Part shown: piece by piece, positions 1 to 6,947 of the stretch
Position numbering within the stretch: the first letter of the stretch is position 1
How the letters are laid out: each line of letters opens with the position of its first letter
Assembly (NCBI GenBank): GCA_016840465.1
Contig: JAEOSH010000051.1
Location: 1 to 16,047 of the forward strand
DNA from: Candidatus Baldrarchaeum yapensis
Lineage (GTDB): Archaea > Asgardarchaeota > Baldrarchaeia > Baldrarchaeales > Baldrarchaeaceae
Direction: 5' to 3'
Length of the DNA: 16,047 nucleotides
The notes under the pieces: model-generated
The model's database searches: none
The model's input: only the letters and a program-made list of their open reading frames with translations
What the model was told of the DNA's origin: nothing
Made by a program: the position numbers and the translations under genes

Positions 1-1
1 G

Positions 2-544
2 GTGCGACGACGCGGAGGAGTTCGTTGTGGACGGGACCGCCGTTCCTGTGGGATATCTCGAGGAGAGGTTTGTGCGGGGGAGGGCTGTGCTTTCGAGACC
101 GACTGTCGACATAAAGTCAATCTACGACATAGGGTGGACATGTTCGCGTTTGCGCGGGCGATGCGGTCGCGGGACATCTCGGAGGCCATGGGTGTGCTTC
201 CGCGTGGTTCGACTCTCTACGCGGATGGCGAGTTTTTCGTGAGGGAGAACTGCGTGGAGGCGTTTCGGAGGGGCATTGACTTTCAGGTGAGGCCGCCACG
301 CGTGTTTTCGTGTCGTGTTCTTCGTCGGGCGGCCGAGGGTTTTTCGGCCCGGAGGTATCGCAGAAGGAAGAACGGAGAGCGTGGTGCGGCGGTGTTTGAC
401 AGGGTTCGGGAGATTCCGTACAGGGATCCTGAGAGTGTGGTATCGTTTGTTGTTTTCAGGGCGGTGGCGCACAACGTTAGGCGGATGCTGATGCTGGAGG
501 CGCTGGCCGGCCTCTTTGTGCGGATAGGTGGCGGGGGTGATTGA
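2..544 (+). CDS. DDE transposase, IS4/IS5 superfamily, C-terminal part (5'-truncated by the window edge; possible frame disruption near 105-135)
   Basis: The ORF is open from the window edge to TGA 542-544. It contains LYADGEF (second catalytic Asp, GAT 224-226) and YRRRKNGE (Y-2-R-3-E signature, Glu GAG 377-379), followed by a C-terminal segment typical of IS4/IS5 transposases. A first-Asp-like motif FVVDGTAVP (GAC 30-32) is readable only in frame 3. A hand-counted line gave about 65 %GC. Confidence 0.6.
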   Translation: MRRRGGVRCGRDRRSCGISRGEVCAGEGCAFETDCRHKVNLRHRVDMFAFARAMRSRDISEAMGVLPRGSTLYADGEFFVRENCVEAFRRGIDFQVRPPRVFSCRVLRRAAEGFSARRYRRRKNGERGAAVFDRVREIPYRDPESVVSFVVFRAVAHNVRRMLMLEALAGLFVRIGGGGD

Positions 545-577
545 GGTGCAGGGTTTGACAAAAGACAACCTTTTGGT
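544..577. repeat. Putative right terminal inverted repeat (IRR) of the left-flank IS
   Basis: AGGTGC (544-549) and AACCTTT (567-573) are the reverse complements of GCACCT (15502-15507) and AAAGGTT (15478-15484) at the other flank. The spacing between the two blocks is 17 nt in both cases. Confidence 0.4.
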
Positions 578-585
578 GGGCTCAC

Positions 586-1308
586 TCATAACCTTAGTCT
601 TTTAAGTCTCTGGAGAAGGCTATTGGGAGAATCACTGATATGCAAAGCTATGGGTATACTTTTAGATTGAGCTGTTGCGATAACATGCTCATCGGGCACT
701 TTATTCGTATGTAAAACCACAAGCCCCGGCTTCTTCAAATCCTCGTCCAGTAATAGGAGTGGTGATCGTCCTGTACTCACATTAACTATTATCAGCGCCC
801 TCTTAGATGATACTTCAAACAGTTTACTTAGTGCGTTTTTCGGTAGCGTTAAGAGCCCGGTACCCTCAACTGCTATATAGCCATAAAGTAATTGCGATGA
901 ACTCTCCGAATCTGTGAGAAGTTCAGCACCCAGTGCTTTACAGATATCGTTAACGGTCGTTGGGGCGCTAAACTCTCTTATATCTAGGATTATATCTATG
1001 GGCACTTCCGCACCTGCCAATCTCTCAAAAGCTGTGGTTATTTCCCCGCCGTTCTCCTCATCTATCAGCAGGAGCGCCTCGACAAACCTCTTTATCATTC
1101 TCGTTCCTGGATACTTTCGTCGCCCACTTTCGTAGTCGCTTATTACTGATGGTGAAAGGCCCAGATAGTTTGCGAGTACTATCTGTGGAATGTGAAATAT
1201 CTCTCGCCATTTCTTTAACATCTTACTCGGGTCGTCCGATAACGCTATTTCACCTGCTATTCTCCGTGCGAGTTTTACCTTCGAATAATTATCAAATGCC
1301 ATGCCCAC
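586..1308 (-). CDS. Xre/Cro-C1-type helix-turn-helix transcriptional regulator (archaeal COG1395-like)
   Basis: This is a 240-aa ORF. Its N-terminal part, IPQIVLANYLGLSPSVISDYESGRRKYP, matches the classic HTH_3 pattern. The listed start is GTG at 1308. ATG at 1302 (MAFDNY...) is the more likely start. Confidence 0.7.
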   Translation of the reverse strand: MGMAFDNYSKVKLARRIAGEIALSDDPSKMLKKWREIFHIPQIVLANYLGLSPSVISDYESGRRKYPGTRMIKRFVEALLLIDEENGGEITTAFERLAGAEVPIDIILDIREFSAPTTVNDICKALGAELLTDSESSSQLLYGYIAVEGTGLLTLPKNALSKLFEVSSKRALIIVNVSTGRSPLLLLDEDLKKPGLVVLHTNKVPDEHVIATAQSKSIPIALHISDSPNSLLQRLKRLRL

Positions 1309-1349
1309 TCACTGCAATTACCTTTAGAACGAGGAGATACCTGAAAAAG

Positions 1350-1357
1350 TTTATAAA
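1350..1357 (-). promoter_or_regulatory. Candidate TATA box (TTTATAAA) for the HTH regulator gene
   Basis: A perfect archaeal-type TATA octamer, palindromic, lies about 45-55 nt upstream of the ATG/GTG start and 27 nt beyond the tRNA 3' end. Confidence 0.3.
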
Positions 1358-1413
1358 GAATTTCTCGACAAGTGCCGAAGATTTGGTGGGGCCGCCGGGA
1401 TTTGAACCCGGGA

Positions 1414-1441
1414 GTCGGCCCGAGGGTAAGAAACCCTCGGC
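1414..1441 (-). other. Predicted tRNA intron 2 (28 nt, GCCGAGGGTTTCTTACCCTCGGGCCGAC), in the variable loop (46/47)
   Basis: The central 4-bp helix CGGT/GCCG is flanked by 3-nt bulges GGG and ACT. The 8-bp inner helix is CCGAGGGT/ACCCTCGG with loop TTCTT. The outer helix is weak, so this is a relaxed BHB. Confidence 0.45.
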
Positions 1442-1453
1442 CCACCGGCGCCC

Positions 1454-1471
1454 TTGACCGGTGTTATACCT
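1454..1471 (-). other. Predicted tRNA intron 1 (18 nt, AGGTATAACACCGGTCAA), between tRNA positions 34/35
   Basis: A hand-folded hBHBh' motif. The outer helix is GCC/GGC, with bulges TCA and AAG. The central 4-bp helix is GGCC/GGTC and the inner helix is GGT/ACC. Confidence 0.45.
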
Positions 1472-1985
1472 GAGGCCGGCATCATACCAAGCTAGACCAC
1501 GGCCCCAACTCATTTAAAGTTCTGGTAGTCAAGTGTTTAAATAATTTTCTTCCGATGATGGAGAAGGTGTAAGTTTGGTTAGGTATTTGGAGTTCTTACT
1601 AGAATAAACACTTTATTGCACTTTTGGGCGAACAAGACGAATTATTAAGTGTCAAGTAAGTATTTGCACTGTAGTGGCATGTAAAAACGTCAAAAGATTA
1701 TTCATCAGAATATGATACGATCAGAACTCGTAAAAAGGGTAATTTGAGTGTCAACTGCTGGTTACGATGCCATATCTGCATGTTTCAAGTGTATGTCAAC
1801 GTGTTCCATAGGTCATCTTGAAACCTTGTTTTTGAACGTAGATTTCAAGCAATTGTATCATTAAATCGTATCAAGATACGTGGCTCCGCATAATCATGAT
1901 ACCTGATACGCGCTACAACAATTTCTCGTAACCTTCAGAAAAAGTAATAAACTCTGTCACTTATCTATTGTAACTTGAGCCCAGT

Positions 1986-2063
1986 GCGGCCGTCGTCTAG
2001 TCTGGTCTAGGACACCGGCCTCCCGAGCCGGTTACCCGGGTTCAAATCCCGGCGGCCGCACCA
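1986..2063 (+). tRNA. tRNA-Gly(CCC), CCA encoded
   Basis: This is a full cloverleaf by hand. The acceptor is GCGGCCG/CGGCCGC and the D stem is GTCT/GGAC. The anticodon arm is CCGGC-CTCCCGA-GCCGG, the variable loop is TTAC, and the T arm is CCGGG-TTCAAAT-CCCGG. The discriminator is A, followed by CCA at 2061-2063. Confidence 0.9.
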
Positions 2064-2122
2064 ACCCATTTATGAAACTCCTTCTATTCTGTGAGCGAGG
2101 ATAGTAGTCACTTTGTTGTCTC

Positions 2123-4321
2123 GTGGTGCTGGACATGTCTTCTTATGCGAAGAAGGTAAGGGAAATTGCAAGCCTGATGAAGCACAAAGAGAGAATAAGA
2201 AATATCGGCATAATAGCGCATATTGACCATGGAAAAACAACACTAACAGACATGTTGCTTGCAGCCGCAGGATTGCTATCGCCAGAACTAGCGGGTGAAG
2301 TAAGAGCTCTTGATTACTTAGAAGAAGAGCAGAAGAGAGGAATAACCATAAAGACGGCAAATGTTTCGCTAGTTTATTCGTATAAGGGTGACAAGTACCT
2401 AATAAATTTAATAGACACGCCTGGGCATGTGGATTTTTCCGGAAAAGTCATGCGGGCTCTTCGCGCAATAGACGGCGCCATTGTTGTTGTAGACGCCGTA
2501 GAGGGAGTAATGGTACAAACAGAAATCGTTACACGGCAGGCACTGATAGAAAGGGTGAAACCCATACTTTTCATTAATAAACTTGATCGCTTGATAAGGG
2601 AACTGAAGTTACCGCCTGATAAGATGAGAAAGAGACTTGAGAAGATCATAAGAGATTTTAATTCTTTGATAAGCATGTACGGTGAGCATCCGTATCGTGA
2701 GAAATGGAGAGTTAGCGTACCCGATGGAAGCGTAGTGTTTGGTAGCGCCCTTCATAAGTGGGGTTTTACTGCCGAGATCCTAGAAAGAAAAGGACTAAAA
2801 GTCGGTGACATAATAGAGTTTTATAACAAAGACGAATTAAATGAACTACAGAAATTGTTACCTGTTCACGAAGCAGTACTCGACGCAGTAATAAAGAATC
2901 TTCCCGACCCCATTTCTGCACAGTCTTATAGAATTCCAAAGATATGGCCTGGAAATCTAAATTCCGAAATTGGACATGCACTTTTGAATTGTGATGAAAA
3001 CGGACCAACGGTAATTTGTGTTACGAAAATACTGGTTGATCCTCACGCTGGAAACATAGTTGTCGGTAGAGTTTTCTCTGGTGAAGTTCACGAAGGAGAT
3101 CCCCTATATGCAATTGTAGCTGGAGAGAAAGCACGAGCATATAAGGTCTCGTTATTCATGGGTCCACATCGGTATCAGATTTCCTCGGTACCCGCTGGTA
3201 ATATAGTTGCATTTGGAGGATTTAATGAGGTAAAGGTTGGAGATACAATTGTTGAGGAGAAGTTTAAGGACTTTTGTATCCCATTTGAGACAATAAAGTA
3301 TCTTGTCGAGCCCGTGGTTACGGTCTCATTAGAGCCGGAGAGAACCGCACAACTGGAAAAAATGTTACATATATTAAAGGAATTGGAGTTTCAAGATCCA
3401 AACCTATCAATTAAAATAAATGAAGAGACCGGAGAGTGCCTATTGTCAGGATTAGGGGAACTTCACTTGGAAATAACAATAAAAGAGTTGGAAAAACAAT
3501 GTATCAGCGTAATGGTATCACCACCCATCGTATCGTTCAGAGAAAGCGTAAAGAGAGTTGGTTCGGAGGTTGTTGAGCAGAGTAGTAATTTGAAGAACGA
3601 AATAAAGGTTCGTGCGCGTCCTCTTAGTGAAGACTGCATAAGACTGCTTTCTGAGCATGTAATTCCTAAACTTTCGCGAAAAAGGAGCAAAGAAGGAAAG
3701 TTTGTCGTGTCTAGGCGAGTATTTGAAGTGTGTCAGTTGAGTGGAAAAATATGGGCCATAACTCACCATCCAAACATTCTGGTGTCTCATATACCAGAAA
3801 CTAAAGAAATTTTATCGGTTAAAGATCAAATCATAGAGGCGTTTGAGGATGTTTGTAAATCTGGGCCTTTGTGCGGGGAAACTCTGAGGGGGGTTCTTCT
3901 TGAGATACTAGACTTAAAAGTTAGTAGGGATCCTTCAGAAAGGGATCCCCTGCAAATAATTCCAATGGCATACAAGGCATTCATTAAGTCACTCAAGCAA
4001 GCCGATCTAACATTATTAGAGCCAATTTACCGGATACAAATAACCGCACCACAGGATGTGATCGGTAAGGTGCTGAATTTGCTAAATCAGCGAAAAGGAG
4101 ATGTCGAAAGACTTGAAAGCGACCCATCATCCCCATTAATAATTTTAACTGGATATATCCCTGTCAGGACAAGCTTTGGTTTATCGACTGAACTTAGATC
4201 GAGAAGTTCAGGTCGTGCTTTTCTTCAAATGTCATTCTCTCACTGGGCGGAGGTCCCATCGGAATCAAGAGAACAAATAATAAGGGAGTTAAGAGCGCGG
4301 AGAGGAGAATTGTATGAATGA
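2123..4321 (+). CDS. fusA: Translation elongation factor 2 (aEF-2), with an atypical diphthamide loop
   Basis: The GTPase motifs AHIDHGKTT, DTPGHVDF and NKLD are present. The length of 732 aa is typical, and the C-terminal LLEPIY...SGRAF is conserved. The listed start is GTG at 2123. ATG at 2135, preceded by GGTG 6 nt upstream, is the more likely start. Confidence 0.95.
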   Translation: MVLDMSSYAKKVREIASLMKHKERIRNIGIIAHIDHGKTTLTDMLLAAAGLLSPELAGEVRALDYLEEEQKRGITIKTANVSLVYSYKGDKYLINLIDTPGHVDFSGKVMRALRAIDGAIVVVDAVEGVMVQTEIVTRQALIERVKPILFINKLDRLIRELKLPPDKMRKRLEKIIRDFNSLISMYGEHPYREKWRVSVPDGSVVFGSALHKWGFTAEILERKGLKVGDIIEFYNKDELNELQKLLPVHEAVLDAVIKNLPDPISAQSYRIPKIWPGNLNSEIGHALLNCDENGPTVICVTKILVDPHAGNIVVGRVFSGEVHEGDPLYAIVAGEKARAYKVSLFMGPHRYQISSVPAGNIVAFGGFNEVKVGDTIVEEKFKDFCIPFETIKYLVEPVVTVSLEPERTAQLEKMLHILKELEFQDPNLSIKINEETGECLLSGLGELHLEITIKELEKQCISVMVSPPIVSFRESVKRVGSEVVEQSSNLKNEIKVRARPLSEDCIRLLSEHVIPKLSRKRSKEGKFVVSRRVFEVCQLSGKIWAITHHPNILVSHIPETKEILSVKDQIIEAFEDVCKSGPLCGETLRGVLLEILDLKVSRDPSERDPLQIIPMAYKAFIKSLKQADLTLLEPIYRIQITAPQDVIGKVLNLLNQRKGDVERLESDPSSPLIILTGYIPVRTSFGLSTELRSRSSGRAFLQMSFSHWAEVPSESREQIIRELRARRGELYE

Positions 4322-4464
4322 AATGCTAATTATTATATCACGTCAAGAGGGGTAAATGTCAGGGACAAAAATTAAAATACCAGAAAATGCTACTTTAAAT
4401 CAAAAATTGCAATATCTAGCGTGGAAATCGAAACCAAATAATACTCTCAGCAGATTTCACGTTG

Positions 4465-4767
4465 TTATAATTCTATTTCCACGAAGACCTCCGGTGGAAT
4501 CTTTATACGCATTATTTGTCGTAGCGTTCTTTCTTCCGCGTCTATTATTATCAGTCTTTTATGAATTCTCAGAGAGTAATGATCCCATGTTTTTGAACCC
4601 TCGCCACAGGGAGATCTGCGTACTGGCACCTTGAGTTTTCTAGTTGGCAAAGGAATAGGTCCCGAAATGGAAACGCCGGTTCGTTTGGCTATCGAAACTA
4701 TTTGACTTGCAACTTGTTCGAGTTGCCGTGGGTCTGTGGATGTTAACCGGATTCTCGCTTTAGACAT
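4465..4767 (-). CDS. rps10: Ribosomal protein uS10
   Basis: This 100-aa ORF begins [17 protein letters not shown] and contains [10 protein letters not shown], a typical S10 signature. GAGGT lies about 8 nt upstream of the ATG. Confidence 0.93.
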   Translation of the reverse strand: MSKARIRLTSTDPRQLEQVASQIVSIAKRTGVSISGPIPLPTRKLKVPVRRSPCGEGSKTWDHYSLRIHKRLIIIDAEERTLRQIMRIKIPPEVFVEIEL

Positions 4768-4801
4768 CAGTTATTACCTCAAAAAATTGTTGATTGAGGG
4801 T

Positions 4802-6109
4802 TTATTTCGCTGGCGTGACCTCTTGTACTATTCCGACGGCGACCGTTCTACCCATGTCTCTAATAGCGAAGCGTCCGAGAGGCTTTATTTCCTCATACTT
4901 CTCGAGCACTATCGGTTTCAGTGGAACGAATTTCACTATCGCGGCTTCTCCCTGCTTTATTATCGATGGATTCTCTTGTACCACCTGACCTGTTCTGGGA
5001 TCCAGTTTTGCTATCAACTGCTCAAACCTCACTGGTGTGTGCGCGGTGTGTGCATGAAGGACCGGGGTGTAACCAGCCGCTATTGCCGTGGGATGCCATA
5101 CGACGAATATTCTTCCTATGAATTCTTTCACAACCGTCGGGGGATTTGTTGGATGTCCTGCGACATCTCCTCTTCTGATGTCCTTTCTTGACACTCCCTT
5201 TACGTTAAATCCTATGTTATCGCCAGGTTCTGCCTGTGAGATTCTCTCATGGTGCATCTCGATGGACTTCACTTCTCCCTTTATCCCTGGGGGCTCGAAT
5301 ATTACAGTATCGCCCTCCTTAAGAACTCCGGTCTCAACTCTACCAACGGGAACTGTTCCAACACCGGTTATCGAGTAGACGTCTTGGATAGGAATTCTAA
5401 GCGGCTTGTCTATGGGCTTCGGTGGCACTTCGAATGTGTCGAGAGCCTCCACGAGTGTTGGTCCATCGTACCATGGCATCTTATCGCTCTTTGTGACAAT
5501 ATTGTCACCTGTCCATGCGGAGACGGGAACGAATGGCACCTTCTCCAGTCGATAACCTATTGTTTTAAGCAGAGCTGAAACTTCCTTCTTTATCTCCTCG
5601 TATCTTTCCTTGCTCCAGTTCACTGATGGGTCGTCCATCTTGTTCACTGCTACGACTATCTGATCAACACCGAGGGTCTTAGCAAGATAAGCATGTTCTC
5701 TTGTCTGCCCACCTGGTCCAATTCCCGCCTCGAATTCTCCCTTCTTGGCGGATACTACAAGCAGTGCACAGTCTGCCTGGCTGGCACCTGTAATCATGTT
5801 CTTTATGAAGTCTCTATGTCCTGGGGCGTCTATTATCGTGAAGTAGTACTTTCTGGTCTCGAATCTCCAGAACGATAGGTCTATCGTTAGTCCTCTTTCC
5901 CTTTCTTCCTTAAGTTTGTCCATTATCCATGCGAACTTGAAACTCTCCTTACCTAGTGCTCTTGCCTCTTCTTCGAATTTTCTTAGTGTTCTCTCATCCA
6001 CGTATCCAGTAAGGAATAATAGGTGCCCCATTAGGGTCGATTTCCCGTGATCGACGTGCCCGATGACTACAAGGTTCAGATGAGGCTTCTTCTCAGAGGC
6101 CATCGCCAT
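4802..6109 (-). CDS. tuf: Translation elongation factor 1-alpha (aEF-1A)
   Basis: The motifs [17 protein letters not shown] and NKMD are present and the ORF is 435 aa. The second ATG at 6103 has better spacing to the GGAGGG Shine-Dalgarno-like element. Confidence 0.96.
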   Translation of the reverse strand: MAMASEKKPHLNLVVIGHVDHGKSTLMGHLLFLTGYVDERTLRKFEEEARALGKESFKFAWIMDKLKEERERGLTIDLSFWRFETRKYYFTIIDAPGHRDFIKNMITGASQADCALLVVSAKKGEFEAGIGPGGQTREHAYLAKTLGVDQIVVAVNKMDDPSVNWSKERYEEIKKEVSALLKTIGYRLEKVPFVPVSAWTGDNIVTKSDKMPWYDGPTLVEALDTFEVPPKPIDKPLRIPIQDVYSITGVGTVPVGRVETGVLKEGDTVIFEPPGIKGEVKSIEMHHERISQAEPGDNIGFNVKGVSRKDIRRGDVAGHPTNPPTVVKEFIGRIFVVWHPTAIAAGYTPVLHAHTAHTPVRFEQLIAKLDPRTGQVVQENPSIIKQGEAAIVKFVPLKPIVLEKYEEIKPLGRFAIRDMGRTVAVGIVQEVTPAK

Positions 6110-6182
6110 CCCTCCGAAGATGTTACTGTTATGGTGTGTACCAAAATGGTTGAGAGGCTTAGAATACGAATCATCAAAGGGA

Positions 6183-6189
6183 ATATAAA
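6183..6189 (-). promoter_or_regulatory. Candidate TATA box (TTTATAT on the minus strand) for the tuf-rps10 unit
   Basis: This is the only TATA-like element in the 115-bp rps12-tuf spacer. It lies about 75-80 nt upstream of the tuf start. Confidence 0.25.
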
Positions 6190-6224
6190 TTCTTACATTG
6201 GGTGTCTACATCGGTGGTTCGCAA

Positions 6225-6668
6225 TTATCTAAGGGGTTTTTCCTTCTTACCCTCCAAAAGGGCCTCAAGCGAGACGCCGTTAACTTTAACAACCTTATAC
6301 TTAACTCCTGGGAGGTCTCCATAACTTCTTCCTTTTCGTCCGCCAATGCCCTCTATTATGACCTCATCATGCTCATCTATGAAGAGCAATCCACCGTCGC
6401 CTGGCACAAATGCCGTGACCTGCTTCCCGTTCTTCACAAGTTGCACTCTAACGCACTTTCTTAATGCGCTGTTCGGCTGGCGAGCCTCTATACCTACCTT
6501 CTCTATAACTATGCCCCTAGCTTGAGGAGCTCCCTCAAGCGGATCGGTTTTTATTCTAAGTCCAAGCATTCGGCGTTTATAATAGTAATCCTTCCACCGG
6601 AATTTCTTTCTCTTCATTATTAGTTTTCTAGCCGCAAATTCTCCGACAGGCGATTTTGAACCGGGCAT
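6225..6668 (-). CDS. rps12: Ribosomal protein uS12
   Basis: This 147-aa ORF begins [16 protein letters not shown], followed by KRKKFRW. It also contains [14 protein letters not shown], a hallmark S12 sequence. Confidence 0.95.
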   Translation of the reverse strand: MPGSKSPVGEFAARKLIMKRKKFRWKDYYYKRRMLGLRIKTDPLEGAPQARGIVIEKVGIEARQPNSALRKCVRVQLVKNGKQVTAFVPGDGGLLFIDEHDEVIIEGIGGRKGRSYGDLPGVKYKVVKVNGVSLEALLEGKKEKPLR

Positions 6669-6940
6669 TATTCATTACCTCGATCATACTTTTGGAGGAA
6701 ACATCATTAACGCATACGGGTGATTATCCTGAATGATTTCGGTATAGTACATAACACGACTTAGGGAATTTAAAGGTGTATGATCAGTGACCGTATGTGA
6801 AGTAACTTAAATCAAGCGGAAGAGTTTTGTGTGGAGTCGAAATCGGAGGCGTAATATTTAGTAGCCGATCCGATTAGGACGAGAGTGCACTGCCGATCTT
6901 CAGATACGATTCTATGATCAAATTCAACTCTTATTCTCCG

Positions 6941-6947
6941 GAAAAAA
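6941..6947 (-). terminator. Oligo-T tract (TTTTTTC on the minus strand) immediately after the nusA stop
   Basis: Archaeal terminators are typically T-runs. This run starts directly after TAA (6948-6950) and precedes a 280-bp untranslated spacer. Confidence 0.3.

Larger units (their letters stand above)
1..577 (+). mobile_element. Right-hand end of an insertion sequence (IS4/IS5-like), left part outside the window
   Basis: A transposase C-terminus is followed by a terminal repeat block at 544-577. GC content drops abruptly right after about 577. The neighbouring host gene's stop codon is at 586-588. Confidence 0.55.
1384..1506 (-). tRNA. Intron-containing tRNA, hand-folded as tRNA-Pro(CGG) with two non-canonical introns; CCA is encoded
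   Basis: The acceptor is GGGGCCG/CGGCCCC with discriminator A and CCA. The D arm is GTCT-AGCTTGGTA-TGAT and the T arm is CCGGG-TTCAAAT-CCCGG. The gene is 120 nt plus CCA, about 46 nt too long, and two bulge-helix-bulge motifs account for 18 + 28 nt. The spliced anticodon loop is CTCGGGC. The tRNA call is solid; the isotype call is moderate. Confidence 0.7.

Noticed and set aside
1384-1506. Alternative readings of the long tRNA: Leu(CAG) with a canonical 37/38 intron, or Arg(UCU) from the hairpin GAGGG-TTTCTTA-CCCTC
   Set aside because: The canonical-position model gives no 4-bp central helix or 3-nt bulges, and it would leave a 33-nt variable region. The D arm is class I rather than Leu-like. 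The UCU model puts a pyrimidine at position 37 and needs a 42-nt unexplained insert after position 26.
1149-1513. ORFs 1149..1457 (+) and 1292..1513 (-) overlapping the tRNA region
   Set aside because: They run through or antisense to the intron-containing tRNA gene and the HTH gene start. They are open only because the tRNA sequence is GC-rich.
1391-2057. 23-bp perfect inverted repeat (CCCGGGTTCAAATCCCGGCGGCC) about 620 bp apart as possible att sites of an integrated element
   Set aside because: The repeats are simply the T arm plus 3' acceptor strands of two complete, divergently oriented tRNA genes. There is no integrase, no partial tRNA duplication and no cargo between them.
4421-4501. 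ORB-like GTGGAAAT(C)GAAAC at 4421-4434, with inverted GTGGAAAT/GTGGAAT copies nearby, as a replication-origin signature
   Set aside because: The other copies lie inside rps10 and are explained by its C-terminal codons (V-E-I-E-L-stop and I-P-P-E). Only one copy is intergenic. There is no cdc6/orc1 gene and no AT-rich unwinding element flanked by repeats.
4356-4634. 92-aa plus-strand ORF downstream of EF-2
   Set aside because: Two thirds of it is antisense to the conserved rps10 gene. It has no Shine-Dalgarno element and no motif support. The intergenic part is an AT-rich convergent-terminator region.
1551-6800. C/D-box sRNA candidates, such as GATGATGG at about 1554, CTGATGA on the minus strand at about 1703-1709, and TGATTATCCTGAATGATTT at about 6721-6739
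   Set aside because: None has the full C - D' - C' - D arrangement with about 12-nt guide spacers. The box-like strings are isolated, or they are only 1-2 nt apart.
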